From Clostridia bacterium (GTDB lineage: Bacteria; Bacillota; Clostridia; Christensenellales; CAG-138), in the NCBI GenBank assembly GCA_017395105.1, contig JAFPWD010000001.1, forward strand, positions 1,344 through 65,343: 64,000 bases of DNA, written 5' to 3'. Below the pieces are notes generated by a model. It saw nothing but the letters and a program-made list of their open reading frames with translations. It was not told the DNA's origin and made no database searches. This document shows positions 28,952 to 39,091 of this stretch, in pieces; position 1 is the first letter of the stretch; every line of letters starts with the position of its first letter. The position numbers and the translations under genes were made by a program.

Positions 28952-29050
28952 TTGACAACGCTCCAAAATAATGATAACATAGTTCTTCGAGCCGCTCCGA
29001 AACGGTTTAAAGCCGCGCCTTGAAAAAGGAGCGCACCACAAGGGCGAGAC
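28952..29050 (+). promoter_or_regulatory. sigmaA promoter and probable L21 leader RNA
   Basis: TTGACA-17-TAACAT; structured leader ending GGCGAGAC ahead of rplU. Leader identity is inferred from position. Confidence 0.55.
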
Positions 29051-29072
29051 TGGTAAGAGGAGGAAAAGCATA

Positions 29073-29378
29073 ATGTACGCAATCATCGTAACCGGCGGCA
29101 AGCAGTATAAGGTCGAGGTCGGCAGCGAGATCATGGTCGAGAAGCTCGACAATGAGGTTGGCGATAAGGTCAGCTTCGATATTCTCATGATCGCAGACGG
29201 CAGCGATATCGAGATCGGAAAGCCCGTTCTCTCCGGTGTTTCCGCAAAGGGCGAGGTGCTGGAGCATGGCAAGGGCAAGAAGGTAATCGTTTTCAAGTAT
29301 AAGCCCAAGAAGGATTACCGCAAAAAGCAGGGCCATCGTCAGCCCTACACCAAGGTCAAGATCCTTTCCATCGGCTGA
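29073..29378 (+). CDS. rplU: 50S ribosomal protein L21
   Basis: [14 protein letters not shown]...GHRQPYT. Confidence 0.98.
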   Translation: MYAIIVTGGKQYKVEVGSEIMVEKLDNEVGDKVSFDILMIADGSDIEIGKPVLSGVSAKGEVLEHGKGKKVIVFKYKPKKDYRKKQGHRQPYTKVKILSIG

Positions 29379-29389
29379 GAGGTAGTTAT

Positions 29390-29719
29390 ATGACCACTGT
29401 AACCGTCCTGTATAAAGGCGCAAGCATAATAGGGTTTCGCGCCAAGGGGCACGCGGGCTACGCCGAGCACGGCGAGGATATAGTCTGCGCCGCAGTCTCT
29501 GCGATAACCCAAACAGCGCTCATCGGCGTAACGGAGAACATAGCTTGTCCGTGCAAAGTCGATATTTCGGACGGAAGGCTCGAGCTTATTCTCAGCGATC
29601 AGGCAACTGATGAAAAGCGGGAAAAAGCGGAGCTGATACTCGGAGTGATGCTTTCGGGGCTTCGCTCCATCGAATCCCAATACGATAATTATCTCAAAGT
29701 TAAGAAGAAGGAGGTTTGA
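29390..29719 (+). CDS. prp: Ribosomal-processing cysteine protease Prp
   Basis: GHAGYAEHGEDIVCAAVSA; located between rplU and rpmA. Confidence 0.95.
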   Translation: MTTVTVLYKGASIIGFRAKGHAGYAEHGEDIVCAAVSAITQTALIGVTENIACPCKVDISDGRLELILSDQATDEKREKAELILGVMLSGLRSIESQYDNYLKVKKKEV

Positions 29720-29722
29720 ACT

Positions 29723-30013
29723 ATGTTCAGGATCAATCTGCAGCTTTTTGCACACAAAAAGGGCGTTGGTAGTTCCCGCAACGGCCGCGACAGCGAATCC
29801 AAGCGTCTCGGACCCAAGCGTGCGGACGGTCAGTTCGTTCTTGCAGGCAACATCCTCGTTCGTCAGCGTGGTACCCATTTCCACCCCGGCAACAACGTCG
29901 GCATCGGCAAGGATGACACCCTGTTTGCAAAGGTGGACGGCATCCTTCGTTTTGAAACGAAGCATGGCGGTCGCAAGTGCGTAAGCGTTTACCCCGAGGA
30001 GATCGCGGGCTGA
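29723..30013 (+). CDS. rpmA: 50S ribosomal protein L27 with Prp-cleaved N-terminal extension
   Basis: [24 protein letters not shown]. Confidence 0.98.
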   Translation: MFRINLQLFAHKKGVGSSRNGRDSESKRLGPKRADGQFVLAGNILVRQRGTHFHPGNNVGIGKDDTLFAKVDGILRFETKHGGRKCVSVYPEEIAG

Positions 30014-30042
30014 GCTAACGCAATAACCGAATAGCTTATATG

Positions 30043-30071
30043 AACCGCTTCGGGCAGCCGGGGCGGTTTTT
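30043..30071 (+). terminator. Intrinsic terminator after rpmA
   Basis: AACCGCTTCGG-GCAG-CCGGGGCGGTTTTT. Confidence 0.75.
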
Positions 30072-30192
30072 CGTATGCGCAAAGCCGCGCCGCTCCTTTT
30101 TTATTGCAAGCCGATATGGTATAATTGAAGCATAGAATGCGCGGCTGCGATTTCTTTTGAATTCAAAGATCGCCGCGCTTTCGGGAGGGCGT

Positions 30193-31302
30193 ATGAGCTT
30201 CAGGCGAAAACTGTTTTTCGGGCGAGACCCCTATTCCCGCGAGGGAGGGGAGCTTTTTCTTGCCGCTATGCGCGAAACGCTTGAAAAGAACGCGGCTGGC
30301 TCTGATAAATACGCCGAAATACTGAAGCGCGAGGGCTTTTCGCCCGAAATGCTGAAAACCGAAGCCGATCTTGCGAACATCCCGCCGATACCCACGCTCT
30401 ATTTTAAAAGAAACAGGCTGTTCTGCGTGCCGGAAAGCAAGCTGATGATTCGCGCCGCATCCTCGGGAACGAGCGGCAGCACGAGCGAGGTGGGCTTCGA
30501 TCTTTCCACGCTGCTCATCGGCTTCGGAACGCTTCGCCGCTTTTTCCGATTTCACCGCATTACCTCGATAATTCCGACTAATTACATCGTGCTCGGCTAC
30601 GAGCCCGCGAAGCATAACAGAGCCGGAGCCGTTAAAACCGCCCATCTTACAACAAAATTTGCTCCCGCGCTGCGCCGCGAATACGCCTTGAAGGACAACG
30701 GCGCGGGCTACGATATCAATATCGAGGGCATACGAAAGGCGCTTTTGGGTTATGCAAAAAGCCCGTTCCCCGTGCGCTTCGTGGGCTTCCCGGCGTATAT
30801 GTATTTTCTTTTGAAAACGCTTGAAAAAGAGGGGATAAGCCTTGCTTTGCCCGCCCGCTCGGCGGTTTTGCTCGGCGGTGGCTGGAAGGAGTTTTCCGGG
30901 CAGAGCGTTGACAGAGCGGAGCTGCTTGAGCTTATAGAAGCGCGGCTCGGCATAAAAAAGGAGCGCTGCTTCGAGTTTTTCAGCGCGGTGGAGCATCCGC
31001 TCGCGTATCTTAAATGCGCCTGCGGGCATTTTCATATTCCCGCTTATTCGCGCGTGATAATACGCGATGCGGAAACGCTCGAGCCCTTACCCGAGGGCGA
31101 AGCGGGGCTTCTCAACTTCATAACGCCGCTCGTTTCGAGTATGCCGCTCTGCTCCGTGATAACGGACGATATCGCGATGATGTCTGCTGAACCCTGCCCC
31201 TGCGGAAATACCGCGCCGTACTTCGACCTGCTCGCAAGATCGGGTGTCAGCGGAATTAAAACCTGCGCGGCGGAGGCGGGGGAGAGGCTTGTTGATAGTT
31301 AG
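30193..31302 (+). CDS. LuxE-like acyl-protein synthetase
   Basis: IPPIPTLYFK, SSGTSG, GGGWK, VITDD, C-terminal KTCA; adjacent to a LuxC-like gene. Confidence 0.85.
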   Translation: MSFRRKLFFGRDPYSREGGELFLAAMRETLEKNAAGSDKYAEILKREGFSPEMLKTEADLANIPPIPTLYFKRNRLFCVPESKLMIRAASSGTSGSTSEVGFDLSTLLIGFGTLRRFFRFHRITSIIPTNYIVLGYEPAKHNRAGAVKTAHLTTKFAPALRREYALKDNGAGYDINIEGIRKALLGYAKSPFPVRFVGFPAYMYFLLKTLEKEGISLALPARSAVLLGGGWKEFSGQSVDRAELLELIEARLGIKKERCFEFFSAVEHPLAYLKCACGHFHIPAYSRVIIRDAETLEPLPEGEAGLLNFITPLVSSMPLCSVITDDIAMMSAEPCPCGNTAPYFDLLARSGVSGIKTCAAEAGERLVDS

Positions 31303-31364
31303 TGAATAGTGAATGATGAATGATGAATAGTGAATAGTTGTGGTTGAAATTCCGAAGGAATTTC
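31301..31364 (+). repeat. Family H heptamer plus hairpin repeat
   Basis: AGTGAAT/GATGAAT x5, AGTTGTGGTT, GAAATTCC-GAA-GGAATTTC. Confidence 0.75.
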
Positions 31365-31418
31365 ATAATATTTTATTGAAAACGAAAAGCGAAAAGCGAA
31401 AAAAGCAAGGGTTTTCAA

Positions 31419-32693
31419 ATGAATCTTGTGAACGGAAAAATACTGAATGATAACGAGGCGCGTGATGCGCTTGAACGGCTCGGGGAGCTCGTTCTTGAGG
31501 CGCGTTTTTCCGCGCCGCCGAGTGCGGAAACGGTGATAGCCGCCTGCGAAAAGCTCGGCGCGATGGGGACGGAGTTCATTCCGCTTCTCATGAAAGACGG
31601 GATGAGCCGCGAACGCGCGGAGGCCGAGATTGAGCTTGCGCGAAGTATGCTTTCAAGGGAAAAGCTCGAAGCGCGGCTCAAGCTTGAGCTCGGTGCGCTT
31701 GAAGCCGAGTTCACGCCGATAGATTCGCCCGTTCCCGTTCGCCACAGCCTTGCGCCGCTGGGAACGCTGCTTCATATCGCGGCGGGAAACGCGGAGGGTC
31801 TGCCCGCATTCAGCGTTATCGAGGGGCTTTTAACGGGAAACGTGAATATCTTAAAGCCGCCATCGAATGACGGCGGGCTGTCGGTAATTCTGCTTTCGCG
31901 GCTTATCGAGGTCGAGCCCGCGCTTAAAAACCGAATTTTCGTTTTCGATATTCCCTCGTCCGACACGGCACGAATGAAAAAGCTTGCCGCCGTTTCGGAT
32001 GCACTCATAGTTTGGGGCGGTGATGATGCGGTGCGCGGCGCACGGAGTCTCGCTTCGCCCGATACCGCTATCATCGAGTGGGGGCATAAGCTGAGCTTCT
32101 GCTATGCTTCGCTCGAAGCTTCGGATGCGGAGCTTCTCGGCGTTTGCCGAAATATCTGCGAGACCGAGCAGCTCTATTGCAGCTCATGTCAGGGCATATT
32201 CCTCGATACCGAGGATGAAGCGGAGCTTTTCGCGTTCGCGGAGCGCTTTGCGGATATCCTCGAAAGAGCGGCGGCGGAGGCCCCGTCCGCATACGGCGAG
32301 CGTGTTCGCGCACAAAAAACGCTTGAAATGCGCACTCTGGAGCTTGAAGGCTTGGAAAAAGGGATGCGCATAATAAAAAGGAAGGGCTGCGCGGTGATCG
32401 CGGAAAACAAAACGGCACTCGAACCCTCGCTGATGTTTCGAACGCCGTGGGTAAGGCCGCTTCCGAGAAAGCGGATTTTAAAAACACTGATTCCATATAA
32501 AAGCAGACTTCAAACAGCATCGCTGATCTGCCCGCAAAGGGATAGGGAAGCGCTTTCGGAGCTTCTTATAAGCAGCGGCGTGGTGCGCCTCTGCGCCGCC
32601 GAGAGGATGAGCGAAGCTTATTGCGGTATGCCGCACGACGGCTGTATGCCGCTATCGAGGTATGTGCGGATCGTTTCCGGGGAACTGTCGTGA
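31419..32693 (+). CDS. LuxC-like acyl-CoA reductase
   Basis: PLGTLLHIAAGN, GLLTGNVNILKP, WGGDDAV, EWGHKLS, QLYCSSCQ, HDG. Confidence 0.87.
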   Translation: MNLVNGKILNDNEARDALERLGELVLEARFSAPPSAETVIAACEKLGAMGTEFIPLLMKDGMSRERAEAEIELARSMLSREKLEARLKLELGALEAEFTPIDSPVPVRHSLAPLGTLLHIAAGNAEGLPAFSVIEGLLTGNVNILKPPSNDGGLSVILLSRLIEVEPALKNRIFVFDIPSSDTARMKKLAAVSDALIVWGGDDAVRGARSLASPDTAIIEWGHKLSFCYASLEASDAELLGVCRNICETEQLYCSSCQGIFLDTEDEAELFAFAERFADILERAAAEAPSAYGERVRAQKTLEMRTLELEGLEKGMRIIKRKGCAVIAENKTALEPSLMFRTPWVRPLPRKRILKTLIPYKSRLQTASLICPQRDREALSELLISSGVVRLCAAERMSEAYCGMPHDGCMPLSRYVRIVSGELS

Positions 32694-32850
32694 GGTTCCC
32701 GCCGTATCACCCGCAGCATAACGGTAATATATTTTTTGCTATTGCAGGGAAAAGGGAAAAGGTGTATAATAACGATAATTTGGGAAGGAAAAGGGATATC
32801 GGCGAAATTGCCGAAATAAGTTCGATTTTTCCTTTCGGAAAGGGCAGCTT

Positions 32851-33213
32851 ATGTTTTTTGAAAACGATCAGATCGTGAGCACGGTCGGCGCCTCGCAGGG
32901 CATGGATCCCTTGGTCGTTATGATCGTCGGTATGGCGGTCGTGTTCCTCGGGCTTATCATACTTATCGGCGTTGTTAAGCTCGTAAGCCTCATCTATCGC
33001 GCCGTTATCGGCAAGAATGAGGTGGATATTCCGACCTCCGCGCTCAATCAGCCGGTCTATTCGCCTACCAAGGCGGCTTCGCAGCTTGCGCCCTCCGCGC
33101 TTACGGATGAGCAGCGCCGTGAAACCGTGGTGGCGATCTCCGCCGCTATCGCCGAGGCGATGGGCAAGCCCGTTTCGGGCATCCGCATCAAGTCAATAAA
33201 GAAAATAGGCTGA
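32851..33213 (+). CDS. oadG: Oxaloacetate decarboxylase gamma-type subunit
   Basis: GMAVVFLGL TM segment, VAISAAIA, IRIKSIKK; first gene of the operon (TTGCAG-17-TATAAT at 32742-32770). Confidence 0.8.
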   Translation: MFFENDQIVSTVGASQGMDPLVVMIVGMAVVFLGLIILIGVVKLVSLIYRAVIGKNEVDIPTSALNQPVYSPTKAASQLAPSALTDEQRRETVVAISAAIAEAMGKPVSGIRIKSIKKIG

Positions 33214-33307
33214 ACCGCGCAAAAGCACGGTCTCGGCTTTTATCTTTTAAAACTCGTTATTTAAATTTTAAAGATCAAACCGCGTTTTTGCGGTGAAAGG
33301 GGATAAT

Positions 33308-33712
33308 ATGCGTAAATTTCTTGTTAAGGTAAACGGTTCTCAGTACGAGGTTGAGGTCGAGGAGCTTTCGGCGGACGAAGCGCGCGCCGCTTCAAGCGCA
33401 CCCGCGCCCGCTCCCCAGGCGGCGCCCAAATCCACTCCCGCGCCCGCGCCTGCTCCCGCTGCACCCGCACCTGCACCCGCCGCACCCGTTTCGGGCGGCA
33501 AGACCATCACCGCGCCGATGCCCGGCAGCATCATCTCGGTGAACGTTAAGAACGGCGACAGCTTCAGGAGCGGCCAGGTTCTGCTCGTGCTTGAGGCCAT
33601 GAAGATGGAAAACGAGATCATGGCGCCCTGCGACGGCAAGGTGCTTTCGGTGAACGTAAATCAAGGCTCCTCCGTAAATTCCGGCGATGTGCTGATCTCC
33701 TACGAGGGCTGA
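33308..33712 (+). CDS. Biotin carboxyl carrier subunit of the Na+-decarboxylase
   Basis: Ala/Pro linker, APMPG, LEAMKMENEI. Confidence 0.93.
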   Translation: MRKFLVKVNGSQYEVEVEELSADEARAASSAPAPAPQAAPKSTPAPAPAPAAPAPAPAAPVSGGKTITAPMPGSIISVNVKNGDSFRSGQVLLVLEAMKMENEIMAPCDGKVLSVNVNQGSSVNSGDVLISYEG

Positions 33713-33754
33713 GAAGCAAGGCTTCTTTCCTCATTATTAAACGGTAAACATTAA

Positions 33755-34942
33755 ATGGAAGCTGTCATCAACGTATTAAAAGACTTTTTCAGCTCGAGCG
33801 GCATCGCGGCCTTTTTCACCGTGGACGGCGCGTGGAAATATGGCGTGATGATACTGCTTGCCTGCTTCTTACTGTATCTTGCGATAGTCCGCAAGTTCGA
33901 GCCGCTGCTGCTTCTGCCGATAGCCTTCGGCATGCTTCTTACCAACCTTCCCGGCGCGGGTCTCTTCCACGAAGTTATCTTCGAAGGCGGCCACGTGCAT
34001 TGGGACAGGCTGACCGAGAGCGGCGGACTTATAGACTATCTCTATCTCGGCGTTAAGCTCGGCATCTACCCATCGCTGATCTTCCTCGGCGTTGGTGCGA
34101 TGACCGATTTCGGTCCGCTTATAGCGAACCCCAAGAGCCTGCTTCTTGGCGCGGCGGCGCAGCTCGGCATCTTCGCCGCTTTCCTCGGCGCTAAGCTCAT
34201 ACTCAATTATGACGATGGCCTTGCGGCTTCGATCGGTATCATCGGCGGCGCGGACGGCCCCACCGCCATCTACGTAACTTCAATGCTTCGCCCCGACAAG
34301 CTCGGCTCGATAGCTATTGCGGCGTATTCCTATATGGCGCTCGTTCCCGTCATTCAGCCCCCGTTCATGAAGCTTTTGACCACCAAGAAGGAGCGCTCCA
34401 TCGTTATGAAGCAGCTTCGTCCCGTTTCCAAAACGGAGCGAATTGTGTTCCCGATCGTGGTCACCATCGCGGTGGCGCTGCTCGTGCCTTCCGCTGCGGC
34501 GCTCGTTGGTATGCTGATGCTCGGCAATCTAATGAAGGAATGCGGCGTTACCGACCGCCTTTCCAAGACCGCGCAGAATGAGCTCTGCAATATCGTAACC
34601 ATCTTCCTCGGCGTAAGCGTTGGCGCAACGGCGACAGCGAGCTCATTCCTTCAGCTTGAAACGCTCGGCATTCTCCTGATGGGCATAATGGCGTTCATTC
34701 TCGGCACCGTGGGCGGCCTGCTGCTTGCAAAGCTGATGAACCTGCTCACCGGCGGCAAGATCAACCCCCTTATCGGCTCTGCGGGCGTTTCGGCAGTGCC
34801 AATGGCGGCGCGCGTTTCGCAGGTCGTGGGTCAGAAGGAGAACCCCGGCAACTTCCTGCTCATGCACGCGATGGGTCCGAACGTTGCGGGCGTTATCGGC
34901 TCGGCTATCGCGGCGGGCGTGTTCCTCTCGCTGTTCAGGTAA
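33755..34942 (+). CDS. oadB: Na+-translocating decarboxylase beta subunit
   Basis: [45 protein letters not shown]. Confidence 0.95.
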   Translation: MEAVINVLKDFFSSSGIAAFFTVDGAWKYGVMILLACFLLYLAIVRKFEPLLLLPIAFGMLLTNLPGAGLFHEVIFEGGHVHWDRLTESGGLIDYLYLGVKLGIYPSLIFLGVGAMTDFGPLIANPKSLLLGAAAQLGIFAAFLGAKLILNYDDGLAASIGIIGGADGPTAIYVTSMLRPDKLGSIAIAAYSYMALVPVIQPPFMKLLTTKKERSIVMKQLRPVSKTERIVFPIVVTIAVALLVPSAAALVGMLMLGNLMKECGVTDRLSKTAQNELCNIVTIFLGVSVGATATASSFLQLETLGILLMGIMAFILGTVGGLLLAKLMNLLTGGKINPLIGSAGVSAVPMAARVSQVVGQKENPGNFLLMHAMGPNVAGVIGSAIAAGVFLSLFR

Positions 34943-34996
34943 AAAATACGCGGAGTTTTCCGCAGACATATCTTAAAAATTCGGAAAGGAAATATT

Positions 34997-36448
34997 ATGG
35001 GCAAGCTTTATATTACAGATACCATACTGCGCGATGCGCATCAGTCCCAGGCGGCAACCAGAATGAAGACCGAGGAGATGCTCCCCGCCTGCGAAATTCT
35101 GGACAGCATGGGCTATTGGTCGCTCGAATGCTGGGGCGGCGCAACCTTCGACAGCTGCCTCAGGTTCCTGAATGAGGATCCGTGGGATAGGCTCAGAAAG
35201 CTCAAGAGGGCGCTTCCCAAGACCCGCCTTCAGATGCTTTTCCGCGGCCAGAACATCCTCGGCTATAAGCATTATGCCGACGACGTTGTGGAGCAGTTCT
35301 GCCGCAAGGCGATCGAGAACGGCATCGACGTTATCCGCATCTTCGACGCGCTGAACGACGTTCGCAACCTCGAATCCGCTATCAAGTTTACAAAGAAATA
35401 CGGCGGTCACTGCGAGCCCGCTATCAGCTACACGATCAGCCCCGTGCATAACGACGACTATTTCGTGAAGCTCGCCAAGGAGCTCGTTCAGATGGGCGCG
35501 GACTCGATATGCATCAAGGACATGGCAAACCTGCTTCTGCCGATGCCCGCCTTCAACCTTGTAACCAGGCTCAAAAAGGAGATCAAGGTTCCCATCCATC
35601 TTCATACGCACAACACCACCGGCACCGGCGATATGACGCTGCTCATGGCGGCGATGGCGGGCGTGGATATAGTCGATACCGCGCTTTCGCCCCTTGGAAA
35701 CGGCACCGCGCAGCCCGCGACCGAGAGCCTTGTTGCAACCCTTCAGGGCACCAAGTACGACACCGGCCTTGATCTTGCCAAGCTGAGCGAGGCTGCAAAG
35801 CATTTCCGCAAGGTCGCCGCAAGGCTTCAAAACGACGGCTTCCTCGATCCCAAGGTGCTTTCGGTCGATACCAACACCCTTATGTATCAGGTTCCCGGCG
35901 GAATGCTTTCAAACCTCATCTCCCAGCTCAAGCAGGCGAATGCCGAGGATAAATACTACGAGGTGCTTGCGGAGGTTCCGCGCGTGCGCGAGGACTTCGG
36001 CTATCCGCCCCTTGTTACCCCCACGAGCCAGATCGTCGGAAGCCAGGCGGTTCTGAACGTGCTTTCGGGCGAAAGATACAAGATGTTCACCAAGGAATCC
36101 AAGGCGGTGCTTCGCGGCGAATACGGCCGTCTGCCCGGCAAGGTGAATAAGGAAGTTCGCAAGAAGGCGATCGGTGATGATGCGGTCATCACCTGCCGCC
36201 CTGCCGACCTGCTCGAGCCCGAGCTCGACAAGCTCCGCGCCGAGATCGGCGATCTTGCCGAGAGCGATGAGGATGTTCTCTCCTACGCGCTGTTCCCGCA
36301 GGTTGCAAAGAAGTTCCTTGAGGATCGCCGCAAGGCGAACGGCGGCAGAAGAGCCGAGCCCTACGATGCGGAGAAGAACCATAACCCCGAATTCGATAAG
36401 GCGATCGAGCTTATCGTGGAGGATCTTACAAACGGCATGACGCTGTAA
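34997..36448 (+). CDS. oadA: Oxaloacetate decarboxylase alpha subunit (carboxyltransferase, no biotinyl domain)
   Basis: LRDAHQS, ECWGGATFD, HLHTH, GYPPLVTPTSQIVG. Confidence 0.92.
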   Translation: MGKLYITDTILRDAHQSQAATRMKTEEMLPACEILDSMGYWSLECWGGATFDSCLRFLNEDPWDRLRKLKRALPKTRLQMLFRGQNILGYKHYADDVVEQFCRKAIENGIDVIRIFDALNDVRNLESAIKFTKKYGGHCEPAISYTISPVHNDDYFVKLAKELVQMGADSICIKDMANLLLPMPAFNLVTRLKKEIKVPIHLHTHNTTGTGDMTLLMAAMAGVDIVDTALSPLGNGTAQPATESLVATLQGTKYDTGLDLAKLSEAAKHFRKVAARLQNDGFLDPKVLSVDTNTLMYQVPGGMLSNLISQLKQANAEDKYYEVLAEVPRVREDFGYPPLVTPTSQIVGSQAVLNVLSGERYKMFTKESKAVLRGEYGRLPGKVNKEVRKKAIGDDAVITCRPADLLEPELDKLRAEIGDLAESDEDVLSYALFPQVAKKFLEDRRKANGGRRAEPYDAEKNHNPEFDKAIELIVEDLTNGMTL

Positions 36449-36533
36449 ACAAAGCTTATCACAAGTAAAAACGATATTATTAAGGAAACGCCAAATGGCG
36501 CTTCCTTAATAATATAGAGGGGAGGATCGCACG

Positions 36534-37361
36534 GTGAAAATCAAGCTAACGTTTCTTCTTGCGCTTGCGCTCTGCTTAATTTTGACGGCGACCGCCTGCG
36601 CCGGGCCTAAGCTCGCGCCTGCCCCCGAGCCCATATCCACAATGCATACGGATGCCGTTAAAGCAACACAAACGCCCGAGCAGACCATTGAATCGGCTTC
36701 CATGCAAACGCTTGAGCCGACCGAACTCGGCTTATGGGATCGCTTGAGAAAGGAATGCTTCGCTTCCGTAGACGACTATTCGTATTCCGAACTGATCGAT
36801 GCGCTTTATGCCGAGGACGACGAAGCCGAGATATCCGCGAAAATGGATGAGCTGGGTTTTTCAACAATTTATGATTACCTGTTTTACAGGATACAGGAGG
36901 AAAAGCGGGCGATCTATGCCGAACAGGCAACACCCGAACCAACCAAATCCGTTGATGATATGTCCCTCTATGAACGAGCCTATTATTATGCCACGCCCGA
37001 ACAGCGCAAAAGGCTTGAGAACATAAAAAAGCCTTGGGGAGATGGCGTATATGAATACACTCGTCAGATACGCGAAATAATGGGCGAGATAGAAGAAAAC
37101 TTGCCGCACCTCACCCTCGAACAGGCGCGTGCAATATGCGAAGAAGCCAAGAACTTGACGGGGACGGAGGAGGATGCGATCGGATATATTGCCGAGCGTT
37201 TCTTTGAGATCGCGGGCGCGCCGGATGCCGTGGGAGGAAGCGGCATGATTGGTTACTACTTTTTCATTGACGATGACGGTGTGGAAGCGATCGGCTTTTT
37301 TGGAAGGCTGGTATCGTACGGAAACGAAGCCACCAAAGAAACGGAGACTCTTTGGCCATAA
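36534..37361 (+). CDS. Hypothetical lipoprotein
   Basis: GGAGG RBS, GTG start, lipobox-like ATAC, acidic body. Confidence 0.75.
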   Translation: MKIKLTFLLALALCLILTATACAGPKLAPAPEPISTMHTDAVKATQTPEQTIESASMQTLEPTELGLWDRLRKECFASVDDYSYSELIDALYAEDDEAEISAKMDELGFSTIYDYLFYRIQEEKRAIYAEQATPEPTKSVDDMSLYERAYYYATPEQRKRLENIKKPWGDGVYEYTRQIREIMGEIEENLPHLTLEQARAICEEAKNLTGTEEDAIGYIAERFFEIAGAPDAVGGSGMIGYYFFIDDDGVEAIGFFGRLVSYGNEATKETETLWP

Positions 37362-37486
37362 CAGAGAAAAGGTCTGTTAAACTGCCGAATCGGCGCGAAG
37401 GCAGTCGATGTGCTTCCGCGCCGATTTTGATTGACACGAACGGGCGTTTATGATAGCAGCCTATTGTTTGCAATAAATGCGAACAA

Positions 37487-37535
37487 ATAGGAATCCCGAA
37501 ATGCTCAGGCTGCTTCGGGATTCCTATATTTTTTG
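37487..37535 (+). terminator. Intrinsic terminator
   Basis: ATAGGAATCCCGAA...TTCGGGATTCCTAT followed by a T run. Confidence 0.7.
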
Positions 37536-37811
37536 AAAGAACGGCTTTACGGATCGCGGCCGCCAAGCCGCGCAGCTTACAACCATGATTTATATGCTGA
37601 TTTAACAGCCGGAAGGTAATATAAACGAGTACAATGCTCTATTATAGAACATGTCGCTATACCCATCACCACCGATATTCCGCGCCAAAAAGAAATTGAG
37701 ATATCCGTCTGGATACCTCAATCTTTTACTTAATCCATGACATTTGGAATTATGTGAGACCAATATTATATCCTACACAACCTAATACAGCAACTCCCTT
37801 TAAATCAGGGT

Positions 37812-38396
37812 TCAATTGTTTTGTGCTTCATCGATAATGCTGCAAATAACGGAATAGGTTATATCCGTTATTGCATCACTTATCTCTTTGAATTGGCTTT
37901 CGTCAGATGGAGTGTCGTAGCATGTTCCTCTGACAGTATACTCGCACCCGTCGATATATGCTACAAAAGCTTCGCCATACAACGCATTTGTATTACGTTT
38001 ATCCATGCGAAAGCGAGAGATTTTCACTCCGTTATAGGTCACCGATTCCACATCGGTTCTCAAGCTGTCAAGCTGCCCTTCATAGCCGACGACACCGAAA
38101 TCGATCTTAATTCCGTTTAGAAGACTGTCTCCGTAGACCGAATACTCAATAAAAGGCGAATCATTGTCCAGAGGATCCTTCCGAACAATCTCGTAACTAA
38201 CGCCGGAGTCTTCATAATCAAATACCGAAATATCTGGAAAGATGAAATGATCCTTGCCTTGGAAGGCTCGCTTTACGTCGTCGTAGGAGTTGACACGGAT
38301 GAATCCCGTATGATTGGGAGTGCATGCAAATGAAAAGAGAAGTAGTGCGACCATTACAAGAACCGCACCGTGTTTGGCCGCTCGAGTAGCGCTCAT
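37812..38396 (-). CDS. Hypothetical lipoprotein in an AT-richer segment
   Basis: AAGGAG RBS, lipobox SFAC, 194 aa. Confidence 0.72.
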   Translation of the reverse strand: MSATRAAKHGAVLVMVALLLFSFACTPNHTGFIRVNSYDDVKRAFQGKDHFIFPDISVFDYEDSGVSYEIVRKDPLDNDSPFIEYSVYGDSLLNGIKIDFGVVGYEGQLDSLRTDVESVTYNGVKISRFRMDKRNTNALYGEAFVAYIDGCEYTVRGTCYDTPSDESQFKEISDAITDITYSVICSIIDEAQNN

Positions 38397-38788
38397 AAAA
38401 ATCTCCTTGTTGCCCCGGCAAGCAAATTTGAATTGATTATACAGCAGGCCGGAAAATTTACCGTATGGAATACATTATACAGAATACTGCCCGGTTTGTC
38501 AACATGCAGGCTCTGTTCTTTCGGCAAAATCGCGAAAAATAATTACGGTTTTGGGAGCAGAGCAATAAAAAACTATGAAAGCGGAAACGAACCCCGCTTT
38601 CAATTCCCGTTAAACTCGCTATTCACCCGCCGCAAAGCCTTATATTACGCACTATATTGAAAATACGCCCTTTTCGGGGGTTGAAAAACATAAGAAAAAG
38701 GTATAAAATATCATTTGGTGCGTGCGGCAGGGAAAAACCTTGTTCGCACGGCATAAAACAATAACCACAAAACGCTTTGGAGGTCATT

Positions 38789-39091
38789 ATGAACATCATC
38801 ACTACCGGCGTTGCGGGCACGATGGAGTCGAGCGACATCATCGTTACCATAGAGCCGAAGGCGAACGACGGCATCGAGCTTTCCCTTGAGAGCGACGTTA
38901 TGCAGCAGTTCGGCAAGCAGATCGAAAAGGTCATTCGCGAAACGCTCGACGAGCTCGGCGTAAAGGCCGCGAAGGTCACCGCCGTGGATAAGGGCGCGCT
39001 TGACTGCACCGTTGCCGCGCGCACGATGGCTGCCGCCTACCGCGCCGCCGAGAGCACCGACTACGTGTTCAAAGAGGTAAAAGCAAAATGA
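38789..39091 (+). CDS. citD: Citrate lyase acyl carrier protein
   Basis: AGTMESSD, DKGALDC; TTGAAA-17-TAAAAT promoter at 38681-38709. Confidence 0.95.
   Translation: MNIITTGVAGTMESSDIIVTIEPKANDGIELSLESDVMQQFGKQIEKVIRETLDELGVKAAKVTAVDKGALDCTVAARTMAAAYRAAESTDYVFKEVKAK

Noticed and set aside
30193-32693. Bioluminescence operon
   Set aside because: No luxA, luxB or luxD in the window.
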